Positions 35,955 to 46,262 of a DNA stretch of 64,000 nt are shown in pieces. Source of the DNA: Thermoanaerobaculia bacterium (lineage in GTDB: Bacteria > Acidobacteriota > Thermoanaerobaculia > UBA5066); contig CAWFJJ010000006.1 in NCBI GenBank assembly GCA_963816185.1, positions 1,326 to 65,325 of the forward strand, read 5' to 3'. The position numbers and the translations under genes are program-made. Within the stretch, counting starts at the first letter, position 1. Every line of letters starts with the position of its first letter. The notes beneath the pieces were generated by a model, which had not been told where the DNA came from, did not search any database, and was given only the letters and a program-made list of their open reading frames with translations.

Positions 35955-36794
35955 ATGAAGTCACCGGCCGTTCGGGGGTACGCAGTCATCTTCGCTTTCG
36001 CTCTGCAACTCGTCGTCATGGGCCGCGCCTTGGCCGACGACCAAAAACACGATCCGCTCATCCTGGCGGCCGTGCCGGACTCGTCCGTCAGCCCGACTCA
36101 ACTCACGATCATGGGAGAGAACTTCGGTACGCTGAAGCCGGCAGTCACCCTCGATTCGATCCCGCTGACGGTCGTCAACTTCGGATCCACTTCTGTCACG
36201 GCGCTGCTTCCGGCAGGGCTGACTCCGGGCTCCTACCTGCTGACGTTGCAGCGGAACGGACAAAAGCAGAACACGGCGGAGTTCGATGTCGCACTCGGCG
36301 CGATCGGGCCAAAAGGCGAGAAGGGCGATCCGGGGGCTCTCGGACCGGCGGGGCCAGCGGGGCCATCCGGACCGACGGGGCCCGTCGGACCGACGGGTCC
36401 ACAGGGTCCAGAGGGAGCACCGGGCGCCGGTGCGAGTGACGTCTTCTCCGTCACGGGGCCGAGTGTCTCACTTCGCATCTTCGCCAAGAGCGTGGCCACC
36501 CTGGACGTGCCGGCTGGCGAATACTGGATCGTGTTCACGTCCACCGTGACGAATACGACGGGCGATATCTTGAACCCGACGGATACGATTGCGTGCTCGA
36601 TCGCCGGCGTCGGATCTCCGAACTCGGTTCGCCTTGGGCAGGACGCCAATCAGGGCGTCATGGCGCTTCAAGGGGTGGCCGCCTTTGGCGCGCCGACTTC
36701 GATAGACGTCACGTGTCAGGGATCCACCATATTCTTCAGTGGACGGTCCGACAACAACGTGCTGACCGCATTGAAGGTAGGCGCGATTCACTGA
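35955..36794 (+). CDS. secreted collagen-like triple-helix repeat protein (signal peptide, IPT/TIG-like N-domain, ~14 G-X-Y triplets, C-terminal globular domain)
   Basis: RBS AAGGAGGAG then ATG 35955; [42 protein letters not shown] at ~36306..36432. Confidence 0.65.
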   Translation: MKSPAVRGYAVIFAFALQLVVMGRALADDQKHDPLILAAVPDSSVSPTQLTIMGENFGTLKPAVTLDSIPLTVVNFGSTSVTALLPAGLTPGSYLLTLQRNGQKQNTAEFDVALGAIGPKGEKGDPGALGPAGPAGPSGPTGPVGPTGPQGPEGAPGAGASDVFSVTGPSVSLRIFAKSVATLDVPAGEYWIVFTSTVTNTTGDILNPTDTIACSIAGVGSPNSVRLGQDANQGVMALQGVAAFGAPTSIDVTCQGSTIFFSGRSDNNVLTALKVGAIH

Positions 36795-36847
36795 GCCCGA
36801 TCCGTTTGTCGACCGATTCGTGCGCGTAAACTGCGGCGAGGGAGTCG

Positions 36848-37309
36848 GTGCCACAGCGTCTTCAGATCTCCGGTTCGCGGGCGATCATCCTCATCCGGCT
36901 GATGGTGGGGATCGTGTTCCTCTCCGAGGGGATCCAGAAATTCCTCCACCCGGCTGAGATGGGGGCGGGACGCTTCGCGAAGATCGGAATCCCGTCGCCC
37001 GAGCTCATGGGACCCTTCGTCGGCGTGGCCGAGATCGTGTGCGGGACCCTGGTCCTCTTAGGGCTCTTCATCCGTCTCGCGGCCGCCGTCATGCTGATCA
37101 ACATCTCGGTCGCGCTGCTGTCGACGAAGCTGCCGATCCTGCTCGGACGTGCCATAGGACCTTTTGCTCTCCCGAAGGTCCCGCGATACGGCGTCTGGAG
37201 CTCGCTGCACGAGGCGCGCGTCGATCTCTGCATGTGGCTCGGCTCGCTCTTCCTGATCCTGGTGTCGGCGAAAACGAGAGCCGGGCAGGTCAAGGATCCG
37301 CCTCGTTAG
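36848..37309 (+). CDS. DoxX-family membrane protein
   Basis: Four TM helices; LIRLMVGIVFLSEGIQKF.. typical DoxX N-terminus. Confidence 0.65.
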   Translation: MPQRLQISGSRAIILIRLMVGIVFLSEGIQKFLHPAEMGAGRFAKIGIPSPELMGPFVGVAEIVCGTLVLLGLFIRLAAAVMLINISVALLSTKLPILLGRAIGPFALPKVPRYGVWSSLHEARVDLCMWLGSLFLILVSAKTRAGQVKDPPR

Positions 37310-37348
37310 AAGGCGACCGCCGCCCCGTGCGCGGGCGATAATGAGTTC

Positions 37349-37708
37349 ATGAATCTTTTGAACGAGCGTCTCCATGGCGTTCTCGACCTCGTCACCGTAG
37401 CCGTCTTTCTTCTCGCGCCATCTTTCTTCGGGCTCGGTGGCTACGTGGCCGCCGTGGCTTGGGCGCTCGCGGTCGTCCATCTTCTGATGACACTCTTCAC
37501 GCGTTTTCCGCTTGGCGTCGTCAAGGTGATCCCTTTCCCGATTCACGGGGTGGTCGAGCTCGTCGCCGGAGTCGTCCTCGTGCTCGCCATGCCGCGTTTG
37601 CTCCGCGCCGGCCCCGGCTCGCCTGCACGAACGTTCTTCATCGGCGCGGGCGTGGCCATCCTCATCGTCTGGCTGCTGACGCGCTACCGGGAGTCTCCGC
37701 GGCGCTGA
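37349..37708 (+). CDS. small integral membrane protein, hypothetical
   Basis: 119 aa, 4 predicted TM segments. Confidence 0.4.
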   Translation: MNLLNERLHGVLDLVTVAVFLLAPSFFGLGGYVAAVAWALAVVHLLMTLFTRFPLGVVKVIPFPIHGVVELVAGVVLVLAMPRLLRAGPGSPARTFFIGAGVAILIVWLLTRYRESPRR

Positions 37709-37728
37709 CGCTCGGGGCCTTACGCAGC

Positions 37729-40425
37729 TCACGGCTTCGCCGCGAGCCGCGCGTCCAGGTTCTCGAGCCAGTGGAACGTGGCGATCACGGTGCGGGTCGG
37801 GGCCGTCCCGTCCTGCGAGCTGGTCGGCTCGAGGAAGACGAAGGAGCCGTCCGGAAAAACGTCGTAGGTGGTATGCGCGGCACCCTGCGGCCGCGCGAAG
37901 CGGTCCTTGAAAACGGTGACCGGCGGCTGGAAGGCGGGCGCCGGAGCCGTGCCGAGGCGCGCCACCATCAGATCGGCGTCGGAGCGGAAGTAGAGTGACC
38001 GGCCGTCGCGCGCCCAGACGGGCTGGATACCCCCGTCGGTCGAGATCGGTACTTTGCCGCCACCGTTCGGCAAGGGCTGCAGATAGACCTCGTCCCGCCC
38101 GGACTCGTTCGACCGGTACGCGAGCCACCGGCCGTCGGGGGAGACCCGGCCCGAGGACTCGTCGAACGGCGTTTCGAGGAAAGGCCGCGGCATCGGCTTC
38201 TCTTCCAGGTCCAGGCGCACGATGTCGGTGCGCGATTTCGTTCGATACACGTCCACCAACAGGAACCGGCCGTCGGGGGACCAGTCGGTCACGTGGGCGT
38301 GGTCGGAAAGAGTCCAGAGCACCTCCTCGGCGCCGCTGCCGTCGGCGGGCCTCCGGATCACGCGCCGCTTCTCCCCCCGCGTTGCGCTGAACGCGATCCA
38401 CCGGCCGTCGGGGGACCAGACCGGCGTCTCGTCCTCCCCCGGCTCGAACGTCAGCCGCGTCAGCGAGTCGCGCACGAGGTCGAGCGTCCAGACGTCGTCT
38501 CCCTCTTCCTGCACGTGGAGCGCGAGGCGGCGTCCGTCGGGCGAAACGCGCGAGTCCGAGTACTCGTGGACCGTCTTCGACAGGGGCGTGGCGAGACCGG
38601 TCGCCTTCACGCGCCGCAGGAGACAGGGCGACTCGTTGAGGACGCTCCCCGGCAGGTGGACCAGAGTACCCGTCTCCGAGACGTCGTATTGCGCGGCGCT
38701 GCCCACCAGCGCGACTCCCGGGACCACGAGGACGGGCTCCTTCGTGAGCCGTCGCTCGCGGAGCGACAGGGGCGCCGCGAATAGGCCTTCGGCGCGGGCC
38801 ACGAGCAGCATCCCGGTGGCGAGCCAGGTCGGGCTGGTTCCCGTCGTGAGCGTGGTCTCCTTCCCGTCCTCGAGCGACCGCAGGACGACCTGGCCGTCGG
38901 GCGCGAACGAGATCGCCGCCTGGCGAGCGTAGAGAAGCCAGCGGGAGCCCGGGAGCATCTGCGGGTGTGCGAGGCTCGAGCCGGCGACGACCAGCTGCGA
39001 CGTGCCTCCGGTCGCCGGGACGACGCGGATACCGTCGAGCGCGCCGAAGTAGATGAGGCCGTTGTCTCCCCATGCGATGCCGCTCGGACCGGACGAGAGG
39101 TTCGTCCCGATCTCCGCCACGAGCACGACCTCGCTCGACCCGACCGCGACCTTCTTGATGGCGGTGTCGGTGGTGAAGCCGATGAAGCGGCTGTCGGGCG
39201 AGAAGAAGACGCTCTGGATCCCGTCCGATCCCGGGACCCGCGACGACCCCAGCTCGTCGAGGTGCCGGACCTCGAGGTACGAGCCCGTTCCGACCGACCC
39301 AACGACCGAGGCGAGGGTGCGGCCGTCGGGCGCGATCGCGAGAAGGCGCCGCTGGATCGTGAGGCCGAGTCGGGGTCCCATCGGGTAGCTCGTCCGGATG
39401 AGCGGGTGCCGGCGGACCGCCGGCGCGGGCTTCAGCATCCACGCCGCGGCGGCCGCGAGGGCGGCCGCACCGAGCACGGCGATTGCGAGGGGGAGAGAAG
39501 GGCTCCGGCGGGTCGCGGCGGGGGCTTCGGCGAGCCGGTCGGTGCCGGCGACGTCGAGCTCGAGGCGCGCGTCGCCGATGTCGCGGAGCCGCAGTTTCGG
39601 TTCGCGCACGAGGCAGCGGATCAGGAGGCGGCGAACGTGGTCGGGAGTCTCCGCCGGGAGCGCGGCAAGGTCCAGGTCCTGCCTCAGGACCGCAGCCAGC
39701 GTGTCGCTGACCGTCTCGCCACCGAAGAGGCGCTTGCCCGCGAGCATCTCGTGGAGGACGACGCCGAAGGACCAGATGTCGGTCCTCTTGTCGACCGGTT
39801 TGCCGCGCGCCTGCTCGGGGCTCATGTAAGCCGCGGTGCCGAGGATCATTCCCGCCTCGGTCAAATGTCGAGACATCGTCGGCGACTGCGTGAGGGACGC
39901 TACACTCGAGGCCGCGGCGTCGTCTCCCCCGAACGCCTTCGCGAGCCCGAAGTCGAGGATCTTCACGACCCCGTCGCGCGTGAGTTTCACGTTCGCGGGC
40001 TTCAGGTCGCGGTGGACGATCCCCTTCTCGTGCGCCGCCTCGAGCCCCTCGGCGATCTGCTTCGCGATCGCGATTGCCTCGTCCACCGGGATCGCGCCGC
40101 GCGCGAGGCGCCGCGCGAGGTCCTCGCCGTCGACGAGCTCCATGACGAGGATGTGGCGCGTCGAAGAGGAAGAGGAAGAGGGGATTTCTTCGAAGGAATA
40201 GATGGCGGCGATCCCGGGATGGTTCAGGCTAGCCAGCGTGCGGGCTTCCCTTTCGAAGCGCGCTCTTCTTTCTTCACCTTCAAAGAATTTTTCCGGCAGC
40301 ACCTTGATCGCAACGTCTCTCGCGAGCCGAGGGTCCCGGGCGCGGTAGACCTCGCCCATCCCGCCCGCGCCGAGAGGCGAGGACACCTCGTAGGGACCGA
40401 GCCTAGTACCGGGCTCGAGAGCCAT
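37729..40425 (-). CDS. Ser/Thr protein kinase fused to TolB-like (PD40/WD40) beta-propeller
   Basis: GAGGMGEVYRA, AIKVL, HRDLKPANV, DFGLAK, SPEQ; TM segment; C-terminal repeated PD40-like blades (SPDGRRLA..). Confidence 0.85.
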   Translation of the reverse strand: MALEPGTRLGPYEVSSPLGAGGMGEVYRARDPRLARDVAIKVLPEKFFEGEERRARFEREARTLASLNHPGIAAIYSFEEIPSSSSSSTRHILVMELVDGEDLARRLARGAIPVDEAIAIAKQIAEGLEAAHEKGIVHRDLKPANVKLTRDGVVKILDFGLAKAFGGDDAAASSVASLTQSPTMSRHLTEAGMILGTAAYMSPEQARGKPVDKRTDIWSFGVVLHEMLAGKRLFGGETVSDTLAAVLRQDLDLAALPAETPDHVRRLLIRCLVREPKLRLRDIGDARLELDVAGTDRLAEAPAATRRSPSLPLAIAVLGAAALAAAAAWMLKPAPAVRRHPLIRTSYPMGPRLGLTIQRRLLAIAPDGRTLASVVGSVGTGSYLEVRHLDELGSSRVPGSDGIQSVFFSPDSRFIGFTTDTAIKKVAVGSSEVVLVAEIGTNLSSGPSGIAWGDNGLIYFGALDGIRVVPATGGTSQLVVAGSSLAHPQMLPGSRWLLYARQAAISFAPDGQVVLRSLEDGKETTLTTGTSPTWLATGMLLVARAEGLFAAPLSLRERRLTKEPVLVVPGVALVGSAAQYDVSETGTLVHLPGSVLNESPCLLRRVKATGLATPLSKTVHEYSDSRVSPDGRRLALHVQEEGDDVWTLDLVRDSLTRLTFEPGEDETPVWSPDGRWIAFSATRGEKRRVIRRPADGSGAEEVLWTLSDHAHVTDWSPDGRFLLVDVYRTKSRTDIVRLDLEEKPMPRPFLETPFDESSGRVSPDGRWLAYRSNESGRDEVYLQPLPNGGGKVPISTDGGIQPVWARDGRSLYFRSDADLMVARLGTAPAPAFQPPVTVFKDRFARPQGAAHTTYDVFPDGSFVFLEPTSSQDGTAPTRTVIATFHWLENLDARLAAKP

Positions 40426-40538
40426 CCGCCCCCTCCGACTCGACGGGTTACGTGGTCCGAGCTGTCGGCGGGCAGTCTACCCTTCACCTCAAGAGGCGGA
40501 TGCCTCATCCGAGCCCGGCTCCGCGGCCGAAGAATGAA

Positions 40539-41204
40539 TCAAGGCACGGCGTCCTGAACCACGACCTCTACGCGGCGGTTCTGACTCCGGCCCTCTGGCG
40601 TGCCGTTACTCGCTACCGGTTTTGTCGAACCGTAACCGTGGGTCTCGATTCGGTCCCCCGAAACGCCGTTCTTGATGAAGATGGCTCTTACGGACTCGGC
40701 CCTGAGCTCTGAGAGCCTCATGTTGAACTTGGCCGGCCCGGTCGAGTCGGTGTGGCCTTCCACGAGGATTTTTCCGTCGGCGGCGCCGGCCAGCGCCTGA
40801 CCGATCCGGGCGAGGCGCTCGCGGGCGCGACGCTTCACATCCGAGTGGCCGGAATCGAAGTACACGCTACCGGGAAGCGTCAGAACGATCCCTCGCGGCT
40901 CGATCCGCGCGGACTGCTCGATCTGCTGGAGACGGACCAGGAGCTCGCCTTGCCTCTTCTCGCGCTCGGCGGCCTGCCTCCGGGCTTCGTCGGCCCGGGC
41001 GCGCTCTTCATCCGCCCGCCGGGCAGCGGCAACCTGCTCGTCGGCCTGGCGCTTCTCTGCGGCAGCCTGCTCCTCGGTCTGCTTCTTCTCCTCTCCGTCC
41101 GGCTTAGGTTTCGTTTCCGCGCAGGCGCCGAGGAAGAGGAGAACGGCGGCCGCAGAGAGGACCGCCGACGCGGAGGTCCGTCGCGAGAGAGCGTCACGAA
41201 TCAT
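40539..41204 (-). CDS. OmpA-family lipoprotein (OmpA-like C-terminal peptidoglycan-binding domain)
   Basis: RBS GGGAGGA then ATG (MIRDALSRR); signal plus Cys (LGACAET); NMRLSELRAESV..RRVEV OmpA-C motif. Confidence 0.75.
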   Translation of the reverse strand: MIRDALSRRTSASAVLSAAAVLLFLGACAETKPKPDGEEKKQTEEQAAAEKRQADEQVAAARRADEERARADEARRQAAEREKRQGELLVRLQQIEQSARIEPRGIVLTLPGSVYFDSGHSDVKRRARERLARIGQALAGAADGKILVEGHTDSTGPAKFNMRLSELRAESVRAIFIKNGVSGDRIETHGYGSTKPVASNGTPEGRSQNRRVEVVVQDAVP

Positions 41205-41380
41205 TGTCATTCCTCCCACGGGCCCCGCGCTTGCGCGTTGAATTCCCGATTCCGCTTGTCGAGGTCGTCGAGCTGTTCTTGGAGCGTGGCCGCTTGCTCC
41301 GCGAGCTGAACAGAGCACGCTTTACCCCAAGGCGGCACGGGAGGGCCTCGATCCACTGGTGGCGCGCCCCGCGTGCGCGC

Positions 41381-41444
41381 CGATGATCGAGATCACTGAA
41401 GCGCGCCGGCAAAGCCCGCGCTCCCGGATCCCCGGGTCCTTCCC
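41381..41444 (+). repeat. 64-bp repeat, copy 1 (copy 2 at 46174..46237, ~85% identity)
   Basis: CGATGATCGAGATCACTGAAGCGCGCCGGCAAAGCCCGCGCTCCCGGATCCCCGGGTCCTTCCC versus CGACGATCGAGATCACTGAAGCGCGCTGGCAAAGTCTGCGCGCCCGGATCTCCGGCTCCTTCCC; contains a GCGCG..CGCGC hairpin. Confidence 0.6.
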
Positions 41445-41977
41445 ACCCTCGCCTCACTGACGACCGCAACAGCGACCGGATCCCGATTGGGAATCCCGCG
41501 GTCGAGGGCCTTCTCAACCTTGGTGGCGACCTCGCTCTCCGGCAGTCCGTTGATCTGCGCGATCTCGGAGACGATGAGATACCGGGCGTGCTCGTACATC
41601 TTCTTCTCTTGAGAGGAGAGCGCCTTCTGCGTCTGGGCACACGCCAGGTTCCTGAGGACGTCGGCGATATCCGTGAGGTGGCCCGAGCGCATTCTGTCTA
41701 GGTTCTGCTTGTACCGGCCTTTCCAGTCGGCGCTCGGCGGGAGCGTCGCGTTCTCGAGGACGCGGAACACCGACCCCACATCCGTGCGCCGTGTGAGCAG
41801 GCGCAGCCCAATGCGGTCGGAGTTTCCCACCGGCACCATCACGCGCGAATTGTTTCCGAAAAGGCGAAGGTGGTACCAGGGGACGGGCGAGCCTCCGAGG
41901 AGGGAGTCCTGAATCGTTTCGACGACCCCGACACCGTAGTTCGGGTAAACAAGCCTATCGCCGATCTTGAAGGACAC
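41393..41977 (-). CDS. CarD/CdnL-family transcriptional regulator (RNA polymerase-binding)
   Basis: MSFKIGDRLVYPNYGVGVVETI.. CarD N-terminal Tudor-like domain; the C-terminal ~20 codons fall in a 64-bp DNA repeat, so the true stop may be earlier. Confidence 0.7.
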   Translation of the reverse strand: MSFKIGDRLVYPNYGVGVVETIQDSLLGGSPVPWYHLRLFGNNSRVMVPVGNSDRIGLRLLTRRTDVGSVFRVLENATLPPSADWKGRYKQNLDRMRSGHLTDIADVLRNLACAQTQKALSSQEKKMYEHARYLIVSEIAQINGLPESEVATKVEKALDRGIPNRDPVAVAVVSEARVGRTRGSGSAGFAGALQ

Positions 41978-42289
41978 GGAATTGCCTCCTTTAGAAGCGC
42001 AACTGCGAGGATACTCCTACGCCTCTCATCCGTCAATGGCGTCTATGGCGGACGCGGCCGATGGCGGACTGTTGCAAGCATGCGAAACATACGTCCTATG
42101 GTGGGAGATTGGTTAACTGCGCCGGCCTCGCAAAGAGAAGCAGAGCTTGCAAGCCTCTAAGAACCGTACCCCACGAACGTACGCGCGCCGACGTAGTCGT
42201 ATCCCTCGGTCGAAGGGGTTATAAGCTAGCGGGAGTCCGCCCCTGCGGATTTCTGCCTGATCGGATGGCTCCTGAAAGGAGAACAACCC

Positions 42290-44437
42290 ATGAAGCGGTT
42301 CGCCCCCCTCGCTCTCGTTTTGCTGACGGCCGCCCCCTGCGCCGCGCAGTGGCGCTACCCACCCTCCAGGACTGTCGACGCTGCGGATACGTACTTCGGG
42401 AAGACCTACAAGGATCCCTACCGCTGGCTGGAGAACCTCAAGGACAAGGAGGCCGAGGCATGGTTCAAGGCGCAGGGGGAGCTGACGGAACGCCTCCTGG
42501 CGAAGATCCCGGCACGGGATGCCCTCGCCAAGGAGTGGATGGAGCTGGACAAGCTGAAGCCCGCAACGTACTCGTCCATCACCTACGAGAACGGGCGGAT
42601 CTTCTACAAGAAGACCCTCGGAGGCGAGAACGTGGGCAAGCTCTTCTTCCGCCAGGGTTGGAACGGGACGGAAAAGCTGCTCTTCGACGCCTCCACCTAC
42701 AAGGCGGGGGTGACGACGACGATCGAGAGCCTGCTCCCCTCTGTTGACGGGCATTACGTCGCCATAGGCCTCTCAGCGAACGGGGCCGAATACTCCGAGA
42801 TCCGGATCCTGGACGTCGACCGGGGGGCCCTGCTCCCCGAGAGCATCTACCCTTCCTACGGCCCGTATGGTTGGACGCTGGACAGCAAGTCTCTCTTCTA
42901 CGACGCAGGGAAGGTCACCGACATCAAGAGCCTCGACATCGAACTGAACCGCAAGACCAGGCTGCACAAGATCGGCACGAACTTCGCCGCCGACCGCGAC
43001 TTCTTCAGCAACGAGAGCAACCCCGAACTCGGGATCGCTCCGAAGGAATTCCCGTCGGCCTTCATCGACGAGTCGTACCCCGACACGATCGTGGGAACGG
43101 CCGGCACGGTGCAGAACGAGATGCGGGTCTTCTACGCTCCTGCTTCCGAGTTGAAGTCCCCGAAGATCAAATGGAAGGTCCTCTGTACACCTTCGGACAA
43201 CCTCGTCCGCGGCATGGCCTTCCACAAGGGCTTCGTCTACGCCGTCACCCATACGAACGCCCCCCGCTACAAAGTGGTCCGGACAAGCGTGAAGCATCCC
43301 GACTGGGCGCACGCGGAGACCGTCCTTCCGGAAGCGAAGGACTCCATCCAGTCCATTACCAAGACCAAGGACTTCCTCTTCGTCGTGTACTCCAACGGGA
43401 TCCTCGCCCGCATCGTCAAGTACGAATTCGCGACCGGGAAGGCGAACGAGATCAAGCTTCCCGGTTCGGGTACGGTCTTTGTAGTCTGTCCCGACTGGCA
43501 TACCAACCGGTGCATCGTCTACCTAACCTCGTGGACCAGCCCCACGACCCTCTACGATTTCGACGGGGACAAGGACACCTTCGCAAAGAGCATCTTCAAC
43601 ACGGACGTCTCGTACCCGGGCTTCGACACCCTCGTCACGGAAGAGGTGGAGGTTCCGGGACACGACGGCGCCCTGATCCCCCTCTCCATCATCCACAAGA
43701 AGGGCATTCCGCTCGACGGGAGCAGCAGCTGCATCCTGGGGGGCTATGGCGCCTACGGGATCAGCGCTTCGCCGTACTTCGACGTGAAGCGTTCGATCGC
43801 CTTGCGGGGTGTCGTCCTGGCCTACGCTCATCCCAGGGGTGGAAGTGAGAAGGGCGAGGCCTGGTACAAGGCGGGCTACAAGACGACCAAGCCGAACACT
43901 TGGAAGGACTTCATCTCCTGCGCGGAATTCCTGGTGAAGAAGGGCTATACCAGCCCCGAGCATCTCGCGGGCACCGGCACCAGTGCCGGAGGGATCCTGA
44001 TCAGCCGGGCCGTCACCTCGCGCCCGGACCTCTTCGCCGCCGCCGTCTGTAACGTCGGATGCGCCAACGCCATGCGCATGGAGTTCTCCCCGAACGGCCC
44101 TGTCAATACTCCCGAATTCGGCACGGTCAAGGATCCCGTCGAATGTGAAGCCCTATACGAGATGGACGGGGTCCAGCACGTCCAGCCGGGGGTGAAGTAC
44201 CCGGCCGTGCTCTGCGTCGGCGGCTGGAACGATCCGCGCGTCGCCCCGTGGGAGCCCGGGAAGTTCGCGGCCGCCCTCCAGAACGCGAGCACCTCGGGAA
44301 AGCCCGTCCTGATGAAGGTCAACTACGACAACGGCCACTTCACCGAGGAGAAGATCGTCACCTTCAAGAATTTCGCGGGCCAGTTCGCGTTTCTGCTCTG
44401 GCAGACCGGCCACAAGGAGTTCCAACCGGTGAACTAG
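42290..44437 (+). CDS. prolyl oligopeptidase family S9A serine peptidase, secreted (second copy in the window)
   Basis: 715 aa; signal peptide; YRWLEN propeller start; GGYGAYGIS, GTSAGG, C-terminal DNGHF. Confidence 0.85.
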   Translation: MKRFAPLALVLLTAAPCAAQWRYPPSRTVDAADTYFGKTYKDPYRWLENLKDKEAEAWFKAQGELTERLLAKIPARDALAKEWMELDKLKPATYSSITYENGRIFYKKTLGGENVGKLFFRQGWNGTEKLLFDASTYKAGVTTTIESLLPSVDGHYVAIGLSANGAEYSEIRILDVDRGALLPESIYPSYGPYGWTLDSKSLFYDAGKVTDIKSLDIELNRKTRLHKIGTNFAADRDFFSNESNPELGIAPKEFPSAFIDESYPDTIVGTAGTVQNEMRVFYAPASELKSPKIKWKVLCTPSDNLVRGMAFHKGFVYAVTHTNAPRYKVVRTSVKHPDWAHAETVLPEAKDSIQSITKTKDFLFVVYSNGILARIVKYEFATGKANEIKLPGSGTVFVVCPDWHTNRCIVYLTSWTSPTTLYDFDGDKDTFAKSIFNTDVSYPGFDTLVTEEVEVPGHDGALIPLSIIHKKGIPLDGSSSCILGGYGAYGISASPYFDVKRSIALRGVVLAYAHPRGGSEKGEAWYKAGYKTTKPNTWKDFISCAEFLVKKGYTSPEHLAGTGTSAGGILISRAVTSRPDLFAAAVCNVGCANAMRMEFSPNGPVNTPEFGTVKDPVECEALYEMDGVQHVQPGVKYPAVLCVGGWNDPRVAPWEPGKFAAALQNASTSGKPVLMKVNYDNGHFTEEKIVTFKNFAGQFAFLLWQTGHKEFQPVN

Positions 44438-44581
44438 GGGGCTTGGCCCTGTCGGTGAGGATTCTCTGAGATCGGCTAGCTTCGGTATTCGCGCAGGAAC
44501 AATGGCTCCAACCCTCGGGTGCAGAGAGGAAGGTGTAATCGATGAGGCCGAGATCGTCCATGACTTGCGGGCCAGCCGGGG

Positions 44582-45526
44582 TTATGGGACGACGTGGGTG
44601 CCCGCCTTGCCGGCGAGGGCGAGGCCGACGTGGGCAGGGTCGGTGATGATCGCCTCGCGGCCGCCTCCCTCCAGGAAGTCGATCACCGCCTCGATCTTCG
44701 GAAGCATGCTCCCCGCCTTGAAATGACCTTCGGCCATGTAGCGCCGCGCATCGGCGACGGTCATCCGGTCGATGTCCTTCTGGTGCGGCGTCCCGAAGTC
44801 GAGGCAAACCGTCGCGACGCCCGTCGAAACGACGAACAACGCGGCTCCCAGCTCGCGCGCCAGGAGGCTCGACGCATGGTCTTTGTCGATGACCGCGGCC
44901 GCGCCCCGGATAACCCCCGCGGCGTCTTCGACCACGGCGATCCCCCCTCCGCCCGCCGCGACGACCACGAAGCCGGCGTCGAGCAGACTCTTTACCGCGC
45001 CGAGCTGAAGGATCGCGGTCGGCGCCGGCGAGGCGACGACGCGCCGCCATCCCCGCCCAGCGTCCTCGACCAGGTCCCACCCGTCCGCCGCGCGGTGGAA
45101 CTCCGCCTGCTCCTTAGACAGGAACGATCCGATGGGTTTGTTCGGCTTCTCGAACGCGGGATCGGCGCGGTCCACGAGACAGAGCGTGACCAACGTGGCC
45201 GTTGCCTTCTCGATGCCGAGACGCCGGAACTCATTGAAGAGCGCGAGCTGGATGTGGTAGCCGAGCGCCCCCTGCGTGTCCGCCACGCAGGAGTCAAGCG
45301 GCACCGTGTGGAGCTCTTTCGACGCGAGCTCGGACCGGCGCAGGATGAAGCCCACCTGCGGGCCGTTTCCGTGCGTGATCACGAGCCTGAGGTTCGGCTC
45401 TCGGAGGAGCGGCGCGATGTGGCGGCACGTTTCGGAGCACGCCTGGTATTGGTCCGGGACGCGCTGGTGCTCCTTGTCCGTGATGAGCGAGTTCCCGCCG
45501 ATTGCGATGACGGCCGTCCTGATCAC
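44582..45526 (-). CDS. arcC: carbamate kinase
   Basis: GTG after GGAAGGAGGT; IAIGGNSL, ITHGNGPQVG, AAGGGGIAVV motifs of the carbamate kinase / amino-acid kinase family. The ORF-track N-terminal extension to 45853 is rejected. Confidence 0.8.
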   Translation of the reverse strand: MIRTAVIAIGGNSLITDKEHQRVPDQYQACSETCRHIAPLLREPNLRLVITHGNGPQVGFILRRSELASKELHTVPLDSCVADTQGALGYHIQLALFNEFRRLGIEKATATLVTLCLVDRADPAFEKPNKPIGSFLSKEQAEFHRAADGWDLVEDAGRGWRRVVASPAPTAILQLGAVKSLLDAGFVVVAAGGGGIAVVEDAAGVIRGAAAVIDKDHASSLLARELGAALFVVSTGVATVCLDFGTPHQKDIDRMTVADARRYMAEGHFKAGSMLPKIEAVIDFLEGGGREAIITDPAHVGLALAGKAGTHVVP

Positions 45527-45989
45527 GTGAACCTCCTTCCTCCGGCACGCCGAGGATGTCAGTCCGCCGCCCGCTACGCTTTCTGGCGTCAGTCTAACAT
45601 CAAGCGGTAGAGAGACCTGTGACGCAGGTGGCCAGTCTTGCCCCTTGAGTGTAGGGGTGCAATCGGAATTGGCGAAGGCACGATGGATCTGCCGTTTCGC
45701 GTCGACTACCTCGACGCCGAGCGGATGCTGCCGGTGCTGAATCGAAAAGCAGCCTGAAGGGTGGTTACGAAAGGCGTGGGCCGTGTGCGCGCCGAGAAAG
45801 GAGCCGAGGGCGTGACTCTGGTCTCTACCCGCTACAGCGTCCCGCAATCCCACTGCCTCTTACACCGTCGGTCACGTTCTCAATCCCCGGCCCCGTAGAC
45901 GGCACTCTGTCCAGACTGATATCGTCGGGCGAACCACCCGGAGTCGACGGCAACGCAGACAACGAGATCGGACCGAAGGGGACACGCTC

Positions 45990-46262
45990 GTGAAGGTCAA
46001 CGTATCGAGGTTCAACGCGTCCATTTTCGAGCTCGTCTACCCGGACAAGAAGGAGCGCGCCTTCCTGCGCCGCGTGGACCCGGAGTTCCTCGAAGCCCTG
46101 CAAGCCGAGGCCGCGTACGAGAGCAAGCTCAAGAAATTGCCGTTCGGCCTGGGGAAGAAACTGCTCTCCCCGCCGACGATCGAGATCACTGAAGCGCGCT
46201 GGCAAAGTCTGCGCGCCCGGATCTCCGGCTCCTTCCCGGCCGTGAAGATCGGTGGATCATGA
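45990..46262 (+). CDS. hypothetical 90-aa protein whose C-terminus lies in the 64-bp repeat
   Basis: ORF only; the C-terminal ..PPTIEITEARWQSLRARISGSFP is the repeat-encoded tail. Confidence 0.3.
   Translation: MKVNVSRFNASIFELVYPDKKERAFLRRVDPEFLEALQAEAAYESKLKKLPFGLGKKLLSPPTIEITEARWQSLRARISGSFPAVKIGGS

Noticed and set aside
44364-45080. 238-aa minus-strand ORF overlapping the arcC region and the S9 peptidase tail
   Set aside because: Arg-rich alternate frame of the carbamate kinase gene; no independent support.
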